A model generated the notes under the pieces. That model saw only the letters and a program-made list of their open reading frames with translations, ran no database searches and was not told the DNA's origin. DNA of 64,000 bases from Myxococcota bacterium (GTDB lineage: Bacteria > Myxococcota_A > UBA9160 > UBA6930): contig OZ245002.1 of the NCBI GenBank assembly GCA_965223415.1, positions 3,808,001 through 3,872,000 of the forward strand. Direction: 5' to 3'. Position 1 is the stretch's first letter. Each line of letters begins with the position of its first letter. Positions 1 through 10,448 of the stretch are shown piece by piece. Both the position numbers and the translations under genes were made by a program.

Positions 1-1095
1 GCGACCCAACGCGACCGTGATCGACATGGGGGTGGCGAGCCCGAGCGCGCAGGGGCAGGCGACGATCAGCACGGCCACCGCGGCCAGCACGCCGTGGGCG
101 AGGCGCGGCTCCGGCCCGAGGAGCCACCACGCGCCCAGCGCGACCAGGGCGAAGAGGACCACCGCTGGCACGAACCAGGCCGCCACTGCGTCGGCCAGGT
201 TCTGGGCCGGCGCCCGGCTGCGCTGGGCCTCGGCCACGCGCTGGGCGATGCGCGAGAGCAGCGTGTCCGCGCCCACCCGGGTCGCCTCCATCACCAGGCC
301 ACCGCTGCCGTTCAGGGTGCCCCCGGTCAGCTCGTCGCCGGCGGCCTTGGCCACGGGGATCGGCTCGCCGGTCACCATCGACTCGTCGACGGAGCTGGAG
401 CCGGAGACGACGACGCCGTCGACGGGCACCGCTTCACCGGGGCGTACCCGCAGCCGATCGCCCGGGTGCACGTGACAGATCGGCACGTCCTCGTCCTGGC
501 CGTCAGCGCCGATGCGCAGGGCGCGAGCGGGCGCCCGGTCGAGGAGCGAGCGCAGCGCGTCGCCGGTGCGGCGGCGCGCGCGCAGCTCGATCACCTGGCC
601 GAGCAGCACGAGGGTCACGATCACGGCGGCACTCTCGTAGTAGACCGCCGGGCGGCCGTCTGGGCCGCGGAAGGTCTCCGGGAAGACGTCGGGGAAGAGG
701 GTGGCCGCCAGGCTGGCGAGGAACGCGATGCCCGTGCCGAGGGCGATCAGCGTGAACATGTTGCCGCGGCCGGCCCGGATCGACGCCCAGCCGCGGGCGA
801 AGAAGGGCGCGCCGCCCCACAGCACGACCGGTGCCGCCAGGGCGAGCTGGATCCACGGCGAGGGCTCCCGGCCGAGGCCCATGCTTCCCATCGTCCAGAC
901 GAGGAGCGGGCCCGCCAGCAGCGCGCACACGACGAAGCGGCGCTGCATGTCGCGCAGCTCGCCGTCGTCCTCCGCCTCGGCGCCGGGCATCGCGGGCTCC
1001 AGCGCCATGCCGCAATGAGGGCAGGGGCCGGGTTCGGGCTCCTCCACCCCCGGGCACATGGGGCAGATCCAGGTCCCTGCCCCGCCGGTGCTCAC
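1..1095 (-). CDS. copA: Cu(I)-translocating P1B-type ATPase, N-terminal part (runs off the window start)
   Basis: Manual translation from GTG at 1095 (GTGA overlap with the csoR stop): WICPMCPG...[10 protein letters not shown] metal-binding domain, DESMVTGEP actuator motif, [15 protein letters not shown] transmembrane motif. Confidence 0.93.
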   Translation of the reverse strand, partial: MSTGGAGTWICPMCPGVEEPEPGPCPHCGMALEPAMPGAEAEDDGELRDMQRRFVVCALLAGPLLVWTMGSMGLGREPSPWIQLALAAPVVLWGGAPFFARGWASIRAGRGNMFTLIALGTGIAFLASLAATLFPDVFPETFRGPDGRPAVYYESAAVIVTLVLLGQVIELRARRRTGDALRSLLDRAPARALRIGADGQDEDVPICHVHPGDRLRVRPGEAVPVDGVVVSGSSSVDESMVTGEPIPVAKAAGDELTGGTLNGSGGLVMEATRVGADTLLSRIAQRVAEAQRSRAPAQNLADAVAAWFVPAVVLFALVALGAWWLLGPEPRLAHGVLAAVAVLIVACPCALGLATPMSITVALGR

Positions 1096-1376
1096 CGGCC
1101 GACCCGCCCGAACTTCGCGAACACCTCGAGCAGCTCGTCCTTCTTGCGCTTCCGCTCTGCGGCGCTGCCGCCGGTGAAGGCATCGGCCACGCAGGTCTCC
1201 ACGTGACTGCCGAGGATCAGCTTTCCCACCTGGTCGAGGGCGCCCCGTACGGCCGCGATCTGCAGCAGCACGTCCACGCAGTAGCGGTCCTCGTCGAGCA
1301 TGCGCTGGATGCCGGCCACCTGCCCCGCCACCCGCTTGAGCCGCTTCTCCACCGCCGTCCGCGTCGCGTCGTCCAT
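1092..1376 (-). CDS. csoR: CsoR/RcnR-family copper-sensing repressor
   Basis: [15 protein letters not shown]...[12 protein letters not shown]...HVETCV (C-H-C ligand set); translationally coupled to copA. Confidence 0.93.
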   Translation of the reverse strand: MDDATRTAVEKRLKRVAGQVAGIQRMLDEDRYCVDVLLQIAAVRGALDQVGKLILGSHVETCVADAFTGGSAAERKRKKDELLEVFAKFGRVGR

Positions 1377-1383
1377 ACTGGAT

Positions 1384-1412
1384 ACTATATACCCCTATGG
1401 GGTATAAGGCAA
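1384..1412 (-). promoter_or_regulatory. csoR-copA sigma70-type promoter with CsoR operator in the spacer
   Basis: Minus strand TTGCCT-N17-TATAGT-N7-ATG; palindrome TATACCCC-TAT-GGGGTATA (1388-1406) matches the C-tract/G-tract CsoR operator style. Confidence 0.85.
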
Positions 1413-1413
1413 G

Positions 1414-1484
1414 TGAGACAAGGGGACGTTCCTTTCTGTCTCACGGCGAAGCCGTGAGACAGAAAGGAACGTCCCCTTGTCTCA
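1414..1484. repeat. REP/REPIN-like palindrome (type C)
   Basis: 34-bp perfect arms TGAGACAAGGGGACGTTCCTTTCTGTCTCACGGC with a GAA loop; includes the stop codon of the WYL gene. Confidence 0.9.
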
Positions 1485-2450
1485 GTACCGTTCGAGGGTG
1501 GCGCGGAGCTCGCGGGCGACGGCTTCGGCGAGGGAGGCGGGCTCCAGAACGCGGACGCCGGGGCCGAAGGAGAGGATCCAGCGCACCAGCTCCTCGCCGG
1601 TGCCCACCTCCACGCGCAGCTCCACCCGGCCGTCGTCCCGGACGCTGGCCTGCTGGCTCGGGTGCCAGGCGTGCTCCTGGACGTAGAGGGCCCAGCGCGG
1701 CTCGAAGAGCAGGCGCACCGGCTCGGGAGCCTCCACCACGACGCCGAAGGAGGCGGCGGTGTAGGCATCGAAGTCGAAATCGTCCGGCACCGTGAAGGGG
1801 CGCTCGGTCAGGCTCGCCTCGCGCACCCGGTCGACGGCGAAGGTGCGCACCTCGCCGCTCTTGTGGTCGTGGCCGATCACGTAGAGGCCGCCGTTCTTGT
1901 ACCAGACCCGGTAGGGGTCCAGGTCCCGCGCGCCCCGCTCGCCGGTCCGGCCCGTCTGGTACTCCATCGCCACCGTGCGGTGCTCGAGCACGGCCTCGTT
2001 GAGCACGCGGATCACGTCCCGCAGCTCGTCGTAGCGCTTGTGGGGGCCGGGCTGGATCCGGAAGGAGTCCCGCAGCTGCTCGAGGAAGCCCGCCAGCTCC
2101 GGGCCCAGGCTCGCCCGCACCTTGGCCATGGCCGAGTGGATCGAGTCGTGGAAGACCGTGCCCTGGAGGATGCCCAGCAGGTCCTCGCCGAACGCCAGGG
2201 CCAGCACCTCGTCGGCAGTGAAGGGGGCGTCGGCGAGCTCGAAGGTCTCGTACAGGCGGTAGAAGACGCGGCCGTCGCGCTTCTCGCTCGTGACCGGGAA
2301 GCCCGCGTACATGAGCGCATCCAGATCGCGGTAGACGGTGCGGCGGTGCACCTCCAGATCCCGGGCCAGGTCGTCGAGGCCGACGCCGTAGCGGCTACGG
2401 GCCAGGCGCTGGATCAGGCGCCACTGCCGGGCGAGCTGGTCGCCGCGCAT
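1482..2450 (-). CDS. HTH-WYL-WCX transcriptional regulator (PafB/PafC/YafY-like)
   Basis: N-terminal wHTH (LARDLEVHRRTVYRDLDAL), WYL domain (RDLDPYRVWYKNGGLYVIGHD...RTFAVDRV), C-terminal WCX (RWILSFGPGVRVLEP). Confidence 0.9.
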   Translation of the reverse strand: MRGDQLARQWRLIQRLARSRYGVGLDDLARDLEVHRRTVYRDLDALMYAGFPVTSEKRDGRVFYRLYETFELADAPFTADEVLALAFGEDLLGILQGTVFHDSIHSAMAKVRASLGPELAGFLEQLRDSFRIQPGPHKRYDELRDVIRVLNEAVLEHRTVAMEYQTGRTGERGARDLDPYRVWYKNGGLYVIGHDHKSGEVRTFAVDRVREASLTERPFTVPDDFDFDAYTAASFGVVVEAPEPVRLLFEPRWALYVQEHAWHPSQQASVRDDGRVELRVEVGTGEELVRWILSFGPGVRVLEPASLAEAVARELRATLERY

Positions 2451-2456
2451 CGGGCG

Positions 2457-3023
2457 TTACTTGTTCACCCGCTCCACGTACTCGCCGGTGCGGGTGTCGA
2501 CGCGGACCACCTCGCCCTCCTTGATGAAGAGCGGCACCTGCACGACGGCGCCGGTCTCGAGGGTGGCGGGCTTGGTGGCGCCGGAGGCGGTGTCGCCCTT
2601 CACGCCGGGATCGGTCTGAGTGATCTCCGCGTGGATGAAAGCGGGAAGCTCGATGTTGATCGGAGACCCCTTGTACAGGATCACGTCGACCTCGACGTTC
2701 TCCTTCAGGAACTTGACCGTGTCGCCCACCTGCTCCTTCGGGATCGACATCTGGTCGTAGCTCTCGTTGTCCATGAACACGAGGCCTTCGCTGTCCGCGT
2801 AGAGGAACTGCATGTTGCGCTCGTCCACGTCGGCCTCGGCCACCTTCTCGCCGGCGCGAAAGGTCTTCTCGAGCGTCCGGCCCGTGCGCAAGTTCTTGAT
2901 CTTCGTGCGTACGAAGGCGCCGCCCTTGCCCGGCTTCACGTGCTGGAAGTAGGTCATGACGAACGGCTCGCCGTCCAGCTCGATCTTGAGCCCGTTCTTG
3001 AAGTTCGACGTGTCGACCGCCAT
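2457..3023 (-). CDS. efp: Translation elongation factor P
   Basis: HVKPGKGGAFVRTK loop; PGVKGDT...KPATLETG...VPLFI. Confidence 0.97.
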   Translation of the reverse strand: MAVDTSNFKNGLKIELDGEPFVMTYFQHVKPGKGGAFVRTKIKNLRTGRTLEKTFRAGEKVAEADVDERNMQFLYADSEGLVFMDNESYDQMSIPKEQVGDTVKFLKENVEVDVILYKGSPINIELPAFIHAEITQTDPGVKGDTASGATKPATLETGAVVQVPLFIKEGEVVRVDTRTGEYVERVNK

Positions 3024-3062
3024 AAGCCGTTGGATCTCCAGGGGATTCGGGGCGGGAGAGAA

Positions 3063-3113
3063 TAGCGGCTGCGCCGTGTCCGGCTAGCGCCTGCGCCGTG
3101 TCCAGCTAGCGGC
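3063..3113. repeat. 22-bp tandem repeat (about 2.3 copies)
   Basis: TAGCGGCTGCGCCGTGTCCGGC / TAGCGCCTGCGCCGTGTCCAGC / TAGCGGC between the acyltransferase stop and efp. Confidence 0.7.
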
Positions 3114-3993
3114 GACGGAGCGCGTCCACCATGCCCTGGACGTGCTCCCGGACGTCCCGGGCGGCCTTCTCCGGCGCCTTTCGCGAGAGGGTCTCCGGCG
3201 TGATCGCGGGCCCGTAGCGGATGCGGTAGCGCACCGGCAGCGGGATCAGGGGGAAGGTGACCGGGATGGGCAGCGTCGGCATCCCCAGGCGGCGGGCCAC
3301 GCCTTGCAGGTCCGCGATCACCGGCGCCTGGCTCTCGGGCCCCGTCAAGGCGACGGGCACCACGGGAACGTTGGCACGCACGGCCTCCTCCACGAAGCCC
3401 GGATGGAAGGGCTCCAGGAGGAAGCGGGAGAGGAAGCTCTTGCCGATGCCGGCGGCGCCCTCTGGGAACACCAGCACGCGCTCGCCGCCGGCGAGCAAGG
3501 CGCGGAAGTTCTCCCTCGTGCCGATCACCTGGCCCACGGCGGCGTAGAACGGCTGGATCACCGGGAGGTCCTGCACCCAACGGTCCACCAGCGAGCGCAG
3601 CACCCGGGGCGGGTCGCCCTGGAAGAGGCCGTCGGCGATGAGCATGGCGCCGTCGAAAGGCAGCACGCCGCCGTGATTGGCCACCAGGATGGCGGGCCCC
3701 TCTGCCGGCACGTGCTCGAAGCCGTGGCTGCGGACGCGGAACCAGCGGTGGTAGAGGAACTCGGCGAAGGGCCGGACGCGCTCGATCGCTTCCGGGTCGA
3801 GGCCGAAGGGGTCGTCCAGGGGCCGGGGAGTGCGAGGCAGGGCGCCCCGGTCGCGCAGCCGCTCGCGAAGGCCGTCGAGCGCCTGCAGCCAGAGCTCCGC
3901 CTCCTCGCCGGGAGGGCGCCGCCCCGTCGGTCCGGTGGGCCCTAGCAGGCCCTCCACCAGCTCTCCGATCGACTCCTGGTCGGTGTGCACCAT
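3106..3993 (-). CDS. Lysophospholipid acyltransferase (PlsC family)
   Basis: ANHGGVLPFD (HX4D-like) and VLVFPEG motifs. Confidence 0.85.
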   Translation of the reverse strand: MVHTDQESIGELVEGLLGPTGPTGRRPPGEEAELWLQALDGLRERLRDRGALPRTPRPLDDPFGLDPEAIERVRPFAEFLYHRWFRVRSHGFEHVPAEGPAILVANHGGVLPFDGAMLIADGLFQGDPPRVLRSLVDRWVQDLPVIQPFYAAVGQVIGTRENFRALLAGGERVLVFPEGAAGIGKSFLSRFLLEPFHPGFVEEAVRANVPVVPVALTGPESQAPVIADLQGVARRLGMPTLPIPVTFPLIPLPVRYRIRYGPAITPETLSRKAPEKAARDVREHVQGMVDALRRR

Positions 3994-4073
3994 TCGTGGT
4001 CAAGGTATCGACGCGAGCGGGCGACCGCCCGGACGGTCTACCCTCCGCGGCCCGCCTCCGCGAAAGGGTCACC

Positions 4074-6308
4074 ATGCTCGTCCGCATTCTCCTCGTCCTC
4101 GCGCTGCTGGCCGCCGCCGGCCTGGCCGTGATCCACTACCTGGGTACCGGCGGTGGTGTGCCGGTTCCGGACGGCGGTACGCCCCAGGCGCGAACGATCG
4201 ACGACGCCGTGGTGGCCGCCCGGGCCGCCGCCGCCGCCGCCGCCGCCGACGAGCTGGGCGTGGCCCGTCCGAAGCAGATCCTGTTCGGCGATCTCCACGT
4301 CCACTCCACCTTCTCCTTCGACGCGTTCCAGATGAGCCTGCCGATGGCGGGGGGCGACGGTGCTCACCCGGTGGCCGACGCCTGCGACTTCGCCCGCCAT
4401 TGCGCGGCCCTCGACTTCTGGTCGATCAACGACCACGCGGTGACCCTCGGCCCCCGCCGGTGGGCGGAGACCGTCGACACCATGCGCCAGTGCAATGCGG
4501 TCGGAACCGACCCGGCGAACCCGGACACGGTGGCCTTCCTCGGCTGGGAATGGACTCAGGTGGGCACGACGCCGAAGAACCACTATGGGCACAAGAACGT
4601 GATCGTGCGCGACCTCGAGGACGGGAAGATCCCTGCGCGCCCGATCAGCTCGGGCATTCCGCTTGGCGCGCCGGACGTCGAGGCCGTGGTGCCCTCGCCG
4701 CTGCTCATGGGCCTGTTCGCGCTGGCCGAGCGGGAGACCGGGGGCCCGGAGTTCGCGCGCTACCTGCAGGAGACGGCGGAGATCCAGGACTGCGAGTCGG
4801 GCGTTCCGGTGCGCGACCTGCCCACCGATTGCCGGGAGGCGGCGTCGACGCCGGAGCAGCTCTTCGCCAAGCTTCGCGACTGGAACCTCCCCACGATGGT
4901 GATCCCCCACGGCACGACCTGGGGCTTCTACACGCCGCCGGGCTCCGCCTGGGACAAGCAGATCGCGAACGCGGGCATGCACGACCCGGAACGGCAGCGG
5001 ATCATCGAGGTCTTCAGCGGCCACGGGAACTCGGAGGAGTACGAGCCGTTCCGCGAGGTCGTGTTCGAGGCGGACGGAGGCCGCAGCTGCCCCGCGCCTC
5101 AGGCGGGCTACCTGCCCTCCTGCTGGCGGGCGGGCGAGATCATCGAGGCGCGCTGCCTGGCCGAGGGCGCCGACGCGGACGAGTGCGCCGACCGGGCCGC
5201 GACGGCGCGCCAGCACTTCGTCGACGCGGATCGCAACGGCGGCGCCTCCACCGTGCCCGGTGCCACGGCGGCGGATTGGCAGGACGCCGGCCAGTGCCGC
5301 GATTGCTTCCAGCCGGCCTTCAACTACCGGCCGCGCAGCTCCGTGCAGTACATCCTGTCCCTGGCGAATCCGGAGGCCGAGGGTGAGGCGGACCGCTTCC
5401 GCTTCGGCTTCATCGCCTCGAGCGACAACCACTCCGCACGGCCCGGGACCGGCTACAAGGAGGTGAGTCGCGCCGAGTTCACCGAGGCCCGCTTCGGGAA
5501 CTTCGTGAACACGCCCCTGGGTGAGGTGCCCGAGAGGGAGCCGGTCGCCCACTCGGAGCCGATGACCACCGAGTACAGCTCGGCGGTCTTCTCGGTCTTC
5601 GAGACCGAGCGCCAGTCCTCCTTCTTCCTGAACGGCGGCCTGGCGGCGGTCCACTCGGAGGGCCGCAGTCGCGAGGAGATCTGGGACGCGCTCCAGCGCA
5701 AGGAGGTCTACGGCACGAGCGGCCCACGCATCCTGCTGTGGTTCGACCTGCTGAACGGGCCGAACGGCCGGGCCGTGCCGATGGGTGGGGGGGCGACGCT
5801 CGCCGAGCCGCCGATCTTCCAGGTACGCGCCGTGGGCTCCTTCGAGCAGAAACCCGGCTGCCCGGCGGACGCCGCGGCGGCGATGGCGCCGGAGCGGATC
5901 GAACGACTCTGCCAGGGCGAGTGCTACCACCCCTCGGACCGGCGCCGTCCGATCACCCGTCTGGAGGTGGTGCGCATCCGCCCCCAGCAGAGCCGAGACG
6001 AGGACGTGGACCCGCTGATCGAGGACCCGTGGCGGGTCATCCCGTGCAGCGGCGATCCGGCCGGCTGCAGCGCCGCCTTCACGGATCCGGAGTTCACGGG
6101 CTCGGGCCGCGACGCCCTCTACTACGTGCGGGCGGTCGAGGCCGAGAGCCCGGCGGTCCAGGCCGACCCGCTCGGCTGCACCTACGACGAGGAGGGGCGT
6201 TGCGTGACGACGGCGCCCTGCGTCGATCGGCCCTGGGACGACGACTGCATGGCTCCCACCGAGGAGCGGGCCTGGTCCTCGCCGATCTTCGTCGACCACG
6301 CCGAGTGA
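4074..6308 (+). CDS. DUF3604 / PHP-like metal-dependent hydrolase with N-terminal membrane anchor
   Basis: FGDLHVHSTFSFDA, INDHA, SSDNH, YGTSGPRI, ERAWSSPIF motifs; ATG at 4074 precedes a hydrophobic segment. Confidence 0.8.
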   Translation: MLVRILLVLALLAAAGLAVIHYLGTGGGVPVPDGGTPQARTIDDAVVAARAAAAAAAADELGVARPKQILFGDLHVHSTFSFDAFQMSLPMAGGDGAHPVADACDFARHCAALDFWSINDHAVTLGPRRWAETVDTMRQCNAVGTDPANPDTVAFLGWEWTQVGTTPKNHYGHKNVIVRDLEDGKIPARPISSGIPLGAPDVEAVVPSPLLMGLFALAERETGGPEFARYLQETAEIQDCESGVPVRDLPTDCREAASTPEQLFAKLRDWNLPTMVIPHGTTWGFYTPPGSAWDKQIANAGMHDPERQRIIEVFSGHGNSEEYEPFREVVFEADGGRSCPAPQAGYLPSCWRAGEIIEARCLAEGADADECADRAATARQHFVDADRNGGASTVPGATAADWQDAGQCRDCFQPAFNYRPRSSVQYILSLANPEAEGEADRFRFGFIASSDNHSARPGTGYKEVSRAEFTEARFGNFVNTPLGEVPEREPVAHSEPMTTEYSSAVFSVFETERQSSFFLNGGLAAVHSEGRSREEIWDALQRKEVYGTSGPRILLWFDLLNGPNGRAVPMGGGATLAEPPIFQVRAVGSFEQKPGCPADAAAAMAPERIERLCQGECYHPSDRRRPITRLEVVRIRPQQSRDEDVDPLIEDPWRVIPCSGDPAGCSAAFTDPEFTGSGRDALYYVRAVEAESPAVQADPLGCTYDEEGRCVTTAPCVDRPWDDDCMAPTEERAWSSPIFVDHAE

Positions 6309-6346
6309 AGAAACGGGGCCGGAGTTGAGGCTCAACTCCGGCCCCG
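6305..6346. repeat. Shortened REP-like palindrome (type A), likely bidirectional terminator
   Basis: CGGGGCCGGAGTTGAG-G-CTCAACTCCGGCCCCG preceded by GTGAAGAAA; same core as 18310 and 52189; lies between convergent genes. Confidence 0.8.
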
Positions 6347-6354
6347 AAGTCGAA

Positions 6355-7302
6355 TCAGCCCTTGGCTTCCTGCACGGCCGCCGTCAGGGCCGGGACGATC
6401 TCGAAGAGGTCGGCGACGACGCCGAGCTGGGCCACCTCGAAGATGGGGGCGTCCGGATCCTTGTTGATGGCGATGATGAAGTTCGAGCCCTTCATGCCGA
6501 CCAGGTGCTGGATGGCACCCGAGATGCCGGCGGCGACGTAGAGCTTCGGCGTCACCACCTGGCCCGAGGAGCCGACCTGGTACTCGTGGGGGAGCCAGCC
6601 GGCGTCGACCACCGGGCGGGAGGCACCCATGGCACCGCCGAGGGCCTCGGCGAGGGGCTGGATGACCTCCGGGAACTTCTCCGGGTCGCCCACGCCACGG
6701 CCGCCGGAGACGATCACGTCGGCCTTGGAGAGATCGACGCCCTTCGCCTCGGCCACCTTCACCTCGACGAACTTCGCCCGGGCGCCGGAGGTGTCGACGT
6801 TGAGCGTCTCGACGGCGCCGTCGGTCGAGCCCTCGAAGGGGGCCACCGCGCCGGGCTGCACGGTCACGACGGCCTTGTCGCCGGCCACCGTCACCCGGGC
6901 GTCGAGCTTGCCGTTGAAGACGCGGCGGACGTAGGCGCCGTCCGCGAAGTCGAAGACGTCGGACACGAAGGCCACGTCCAGGCCCGCCGCGATGCGCGGA
7001 GCCACGTCCCAGCCCGAGGGCGTGTTCGAGACCAGCACCACGTCGGCGCCGGAGGCCTCGATGCCCGCGCGGATCGCCGCCGTCCAGCCGTCGACGTTGT
7101 AGTTGGCGAGGGAGGCGTCGTCGGCCAGGTAGACCGTGCCTCCCCCCTTCTTCGCGAAGCTCTCGGCCTCGCCGGCCACGCCGCTGCCGATCACGAGGCT
7201 CTTCACGTCCCCGCCGATCTTCTGGGCGAAGGCGGCCAGCTCGTAGCTCGCTTCGCGGATCGCGCCGTCCTTGAGTTCCGTGACGATGAGGATCGTGCCC
7301 AT
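6355..7302 (-). CDS. etfA: Electron transfer flavoprotein alpha subunit
   Basis: [48 protein letters not shown]. Confidence 0.96.
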   Translation of the reverse strand: MGTILIVTELKDGAIREASYELAAFAQKIGGDVKSLVIGSGVAGEAESFAKKGGGTVYLADDASLANYNVDGWTAAIRAGIEASGADVVLVSNTPSGWDVAPRIAAGLDVAFVSDVFDFADGAYVRRVFNGKLDARVTVAGDKAVVTVQPGAVAPFEGSTDGAVETLNVDTSGARAKFVEVKVAEAKGVDLSKADVIVSGGRGVGDPEKFPEVIQPLAEALGGAMGASRPVVDAGWLPHEYQVGSSGQVVTPKLYVAAGISGAIQHLVGMKGSNFIIAINKDPDAPIFEVAQLGVVADLFEIVPALTAAVQEAKG

Positions 7303-7325
7303 CGCTCTTCTCCTTCCGCCGGCCC

Positions 7326-8108
7326 CTAGAGGAGGCCCAGCTCCTTGATCTTGTTCACGAGCTGGGACACCACCTCGTCGGTGGAGCCCTCGATGATATC
7401 CGCGCCCTCGCCCTTCACCGGCGCGTAGATCTTCTCGATCTGCGCCTTGGCCGCGGCCCCGCCTACCTGGCCCGAGAGGCCGAGATCGCCGGCGCCCTTC
7501 TCGTCGATGGGCTTTTTCTTCGCGGCCATGATGCCCTTGAGCGAGGCGTAGCGGACCTGGTTCAGGCCCGACTGCACCGCGATGAGGCAGGGCTTCGGCA
7601 GGTCCACCACCTCGAGGGCGCCGCCCTCGAGCTCGCGCTCGCAGCGGTAGCCGTCGCCTTCGGCCGTCACGCTCATGACTGCGGTGGCGCTCGGCACGCC
7701 CATCAGCTCGGCCAGCATCGGCGCCACGGCGGAGGCGTTGCCGTCGTCGGACATGAGCCCCATCAGGACCAGGTCCGGGCTCTCCTCCTTGGCCACGGCC
7801 GCCAGCACCTTGGCGATGCCGAGCGCGTCCGAGCCGTCGACCTCCGCATCCTTCACGTGGACGGCGCGGTCGGCGCCCATGCCGAGCGCCGTGCGCAGGG
7901 CCTGGGTCACGCGGTCGGGGCCGATCGACGCCACGACCACTTCGGCCTCGCCGGCGTCCTTGATGCGCAGTGCCTCCTCGAGGGCGAAGGTGTCGTAGCT
8001 GTTGATCTCGAACTTGATGCCGTCTTCCTTGATCCAGGTGCCCGCGCCGTCGATGTCGAGGCGGGCATCCTGGTGCGGCACCTGCTTCAGGCAGACCAGG
8101 ATCTTCAT
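7326..8108 (-). CDS. etfB: Electron transfer flavoprotein beta subunit
   Basis: MKILVCLKQVP, ALEEALRIK, ALGMGADRA, RYASLKGIMAAKKK. Confidence 0.96.
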   Translation of the reverse strand: MKILVCLKQVPHQDARLDIDGAGTWIKEDGIKFEINSYDTFALEEALRIKDAGEAEVVVASIGPDRVTQALRTALGMGADRAVHVKDAEVDGSDALGIAKVLAAVAKEESPDLVLMGLMSDDGNASAVAPMLAELMGVPSATAVMSVTAEGDGYRCERELEGGALEVVDLPKPCLIAVQSGLNQVRYASLKGIMAAKKKPIDEKGAGDLGLSGQVGGAAAKAQIEKIYAPVKGEGADIIEGSTDEVVSQLVNKIKELGLL

Positions 8109-8275
8109 GGGGACAAACTCCGGGTTGCGGTCAATGAGGCCCGAGGCGCGCCGGTCCCAGCGATCCCGGAGCGGCCCGGGGGAGGGGAGGGGGCTTCGAG
8201 CGAGGGCGGACGGTAACGGAGTAGGGGGCGCATTTCAACCGACGACCTGGGGGAAAGTGACCCAGATTCACGGGT

Positions 8276-9622
8276 TTACGCGCCGTTCCCGGCGTCCAGC
8301 CGGGCGCGGATCCGGGCGTGCTCGGCCTCGGTCAGGCGGAACCGCGAAAAGATCAGGGCGCCGATCGTGTAGAGGAGGAGGGGGGCACCCCCCATCAGCA
8401 GGAGCATCGATTGCTTCGTGGTGGCGCTCTGCTCCGCGAGCTCCCGGTCGAAGCCGGTCCACTCGAGCACGAGACCAGTGAGCCCCACCATGAGCGCGCC
8501 GCCCACCTTGCTGACGAAGCTCCAGGCTGCGAAGTACGCGCCCTCCTTGCGCTGGCCGGTACGGAACTCGTCCACGTCGACCAGGTCGGCCTTGAGGGCC
8601 TGGCCGAGAGTGGCGCCGCAGGCGCCCGCCGTGCCGGCGAGGAGTGACGAAAAAGCCATCACCGGCCAGTCGCCCTCGCCCACGAAGAGCAGGATCCCGA
8701 ATCCCACGCCGGTCTGGACCATCGCGAAGAGCCACAGCTTGCGCTTCTCGAAGCGGCGGCCGAGACGTACCCACAGCGGGATCGCCGCGAGGGTGCAGCC
8801 CGTGTAGACCATCAGCATGTGCGGCGTGTAGTCCGGCATCTTCATCACGTACTCGAGCACGAAGGGCACCAGCACGCCGATGGCGCCGGTGCCCATGCTC
8901 TCGACGAAGTAGACGAAGAGGATCAGCCGGGCATCCCGGTTCGCCCACACGTCGGCGACGGCCCGTAGGGGGTTGGTGGCGCCGCGGCCCTGGTAGTCGG
9001 AGCGCTCGCCCGGCATGGCCCGCACGCCCCACACGATGAGCGCGATCGAGACCGCGCCCACGCCGAGGGCCAGCAGCTCCGCGTCGCGCGGCTCGCCCTT
9101 CTGCACCACCGACACGCCGTAGGTGTAGGCGCCGACCATCGAGAGGATGCGCACGAACTGGCGGGCGCCGAAGACCCGGTTGCGCGCGAGGGGGTCGTGG
9201 GTGAGCTCCGCGCCGAGGGCCATGTGAGGCACGTCGAAGGCGGTGTACGCGGTGTAGAAGCCGAACACCGCTACGGAGATCCAGGCGTGGAGCGAGAAGC
9301 CCTCGAGGCCGGAAGGCGGCGCGAACATCATCCAGGACAGGAGCGCGATCGGCACGCAGGAGCCGAGCAGCCAGGGCCGCCGCCGCCCCAGGCCGCCGCG
9401 CGTGCGGTCGGAGAGGAAGCCTGCCATCGGGTCCGACACCCCGTCCCAGATCTTCGAGACGAGGAAGATCACGCCGACCACTCCTGGCGACGCACCGAGC
9501 TTGACCGTGGCGAAGTAGAGGTACATCACCACGATGACGTTGTAGATGAAGCTCGGACCGAAGCCCGCCGCCGCGTAGGCGGAGAGTCCGCGCCGGGAGA
9601 GCGGCGGGGAGCTGGCAGGCAC
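8276..9622 (-). CDS. MFS transporter, glycoside-pentoside-hexuronide (MelB-like) family
   Basis: WDGVSDPMAGFLSDRT...GRRRPW and DEFRTGQRKEGAYF motifs; about 12 hydrophobic segments. Confidence 0.88.
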   Translation of the reverse strand: MPASSPPLSRRGLSAYAAAGFGPSFIYNVIVVMYLYFATVKLGASPGVVGVIFLVSKIWDGVSDPMAGFLSDRTRGGLGRRRPWLLGSCVPIALLSWMMFAPPSGLEGFSLHAWISVAVFGFYTAYTAFDVPHMALGAELTHDPLARNRVFGARQFVRILSMVGAYTYGVSVVQKGEPRDAELLALGVGAVSIALIVWGVRAMPGERSDYQGRGATNPLRAVADVWANRDARLILFVYFVESMGTGAIGVLVPFVLEYVMKMPDYTPHMLMVYTGCTLAAIPLWVRLGRRFEKRKLWLFAMVQTGVGFGILLFVGEGDWPVMAFSSLLAGTAGACGATLGQALKADLVDVDEFRTGQRKEGAYFAAWSFVSKVGGALMVGLTGLVLEWTGFDRELAEQSATTKQSMLLLMGGAPLLLYTIGALIFSRFRLTEAEHARIRARLDAGNGA

Positions 9623-9631
9623 GGAGCCCGC

Positions 9632-10333
9632 TCAGTACCCCATGAAGCCGAGGAAGTCCTCGAGCTTGCTCACGCGCAGGTACGGATTCGTGCGCTTCTG
9701 CTCGCCCATCGTCGACGAGGGATCCGCCGCGTAGAGGTGGCCGGGATAGAGCAGCGTCTCGTCGGGGAGCTTGCCGAGCTGGCCGTGGAGGCTCTCGTAG
9801 AGGGCTTCCGGATCGCCGCCGGGCAGGTCGACGCGCCCGCAGCTGCCGAGGAAGAGCGTGTCGCCGGAGACCAGGCTGCCGGGACCGCCAGAGGTCTCCA
9901 CGAGGAAGCACTGGGAGCCGGGCGTGTGCCCCGGCGTGTGGAGCAGCCGGATCGTCACGCTCCCCAGCTCGATCGTGTCGCCGCCCTCGTGGCGCACGAG
10001 CTCGTTCTCACTGAGGCCGGTCACCTGACGAAGGCCCTCCGCCTCGACCTTGTTGACGTGCACCGGCACGGGCCGGCGGGTCATCAGCTCGGCGAGCCCC
10101 TCGATCTCCGTGCCGAAGATCGATCCGCCCACGTGATCCTGGTGATAGTGGGTGACGAGGGCGCCCACCACGTTCATGCCGTCGCCCGCGGCGAGGTCGA
10201 GGAGGCCTTCCACGTTCCAGGCCGGATCCACGACGACACACTCCCGCGTCGCGCGGCTGCCGACGAGGTAGACGAGGTTCGCCATCTCTCCGACGGGGAT
10301 CTGGTGGAAGTAGAGATCGCTGGCATCACTCAC
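9632..10333 (-). CDS. MBL-fold metallo-hydrolase (glyoxalase II-like)
   Basis: THYHQDH, HTPGHTPGS, SGDTLF, YPGH; probable GTG start at 10333. Confidence 0.88.
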   Translation of the reverse strand: MSDASDLYFHQIPVGEMANLVYLVGSRATRECVVVDPAWNVEGLLDLAAGDGMNVVGALVTHYHQDHVGGSIFGTEIEGLAELMTRRPVPVHVNKVEAEGLRQVTGLSENELVRHEGGDTIELGSVTIRLLHTPGHTPGSQCFLVETSGGPGSLVSGDTLFLGSCGRVDLPGGDPEALYESLHGQLGKLPDETLLYPGHLYAADPSSTMGEQKRTNPYLRVSKLEDFLGFMGY

Positions 10334-10389
10334 GCGTCCCAGAATGCCCCGTGCGGCCGGGTACCGCCCGTTGTTTTTCGAGCCACCGC

Positions 10390-10417
10390 TTGACGCGGTT
10401 CCACAGCCGTTCCACAG
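10390..10417 (+). promoter_or_regulatory. Candidate promoter with an 11-bp-period direct repeat (OmpR/PhoB-type site geometry)
   Basis: TTGACG at 10390 followed by GTTCCACAG at 10398 and 10409, upstream of the 10449 gene (RBS AAGGAGG at 10435). Confidence 0.5.
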
Positions 10418-10448
10418 TGGGTGCTCACGACCCCAAGGAGGCTGCTCG

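Noticed and set aside
4222..4250. GCC trinucleotide run
   Set aside because: In-frame poly-Ala in the DUF3604 protein; no sign of phase variation.
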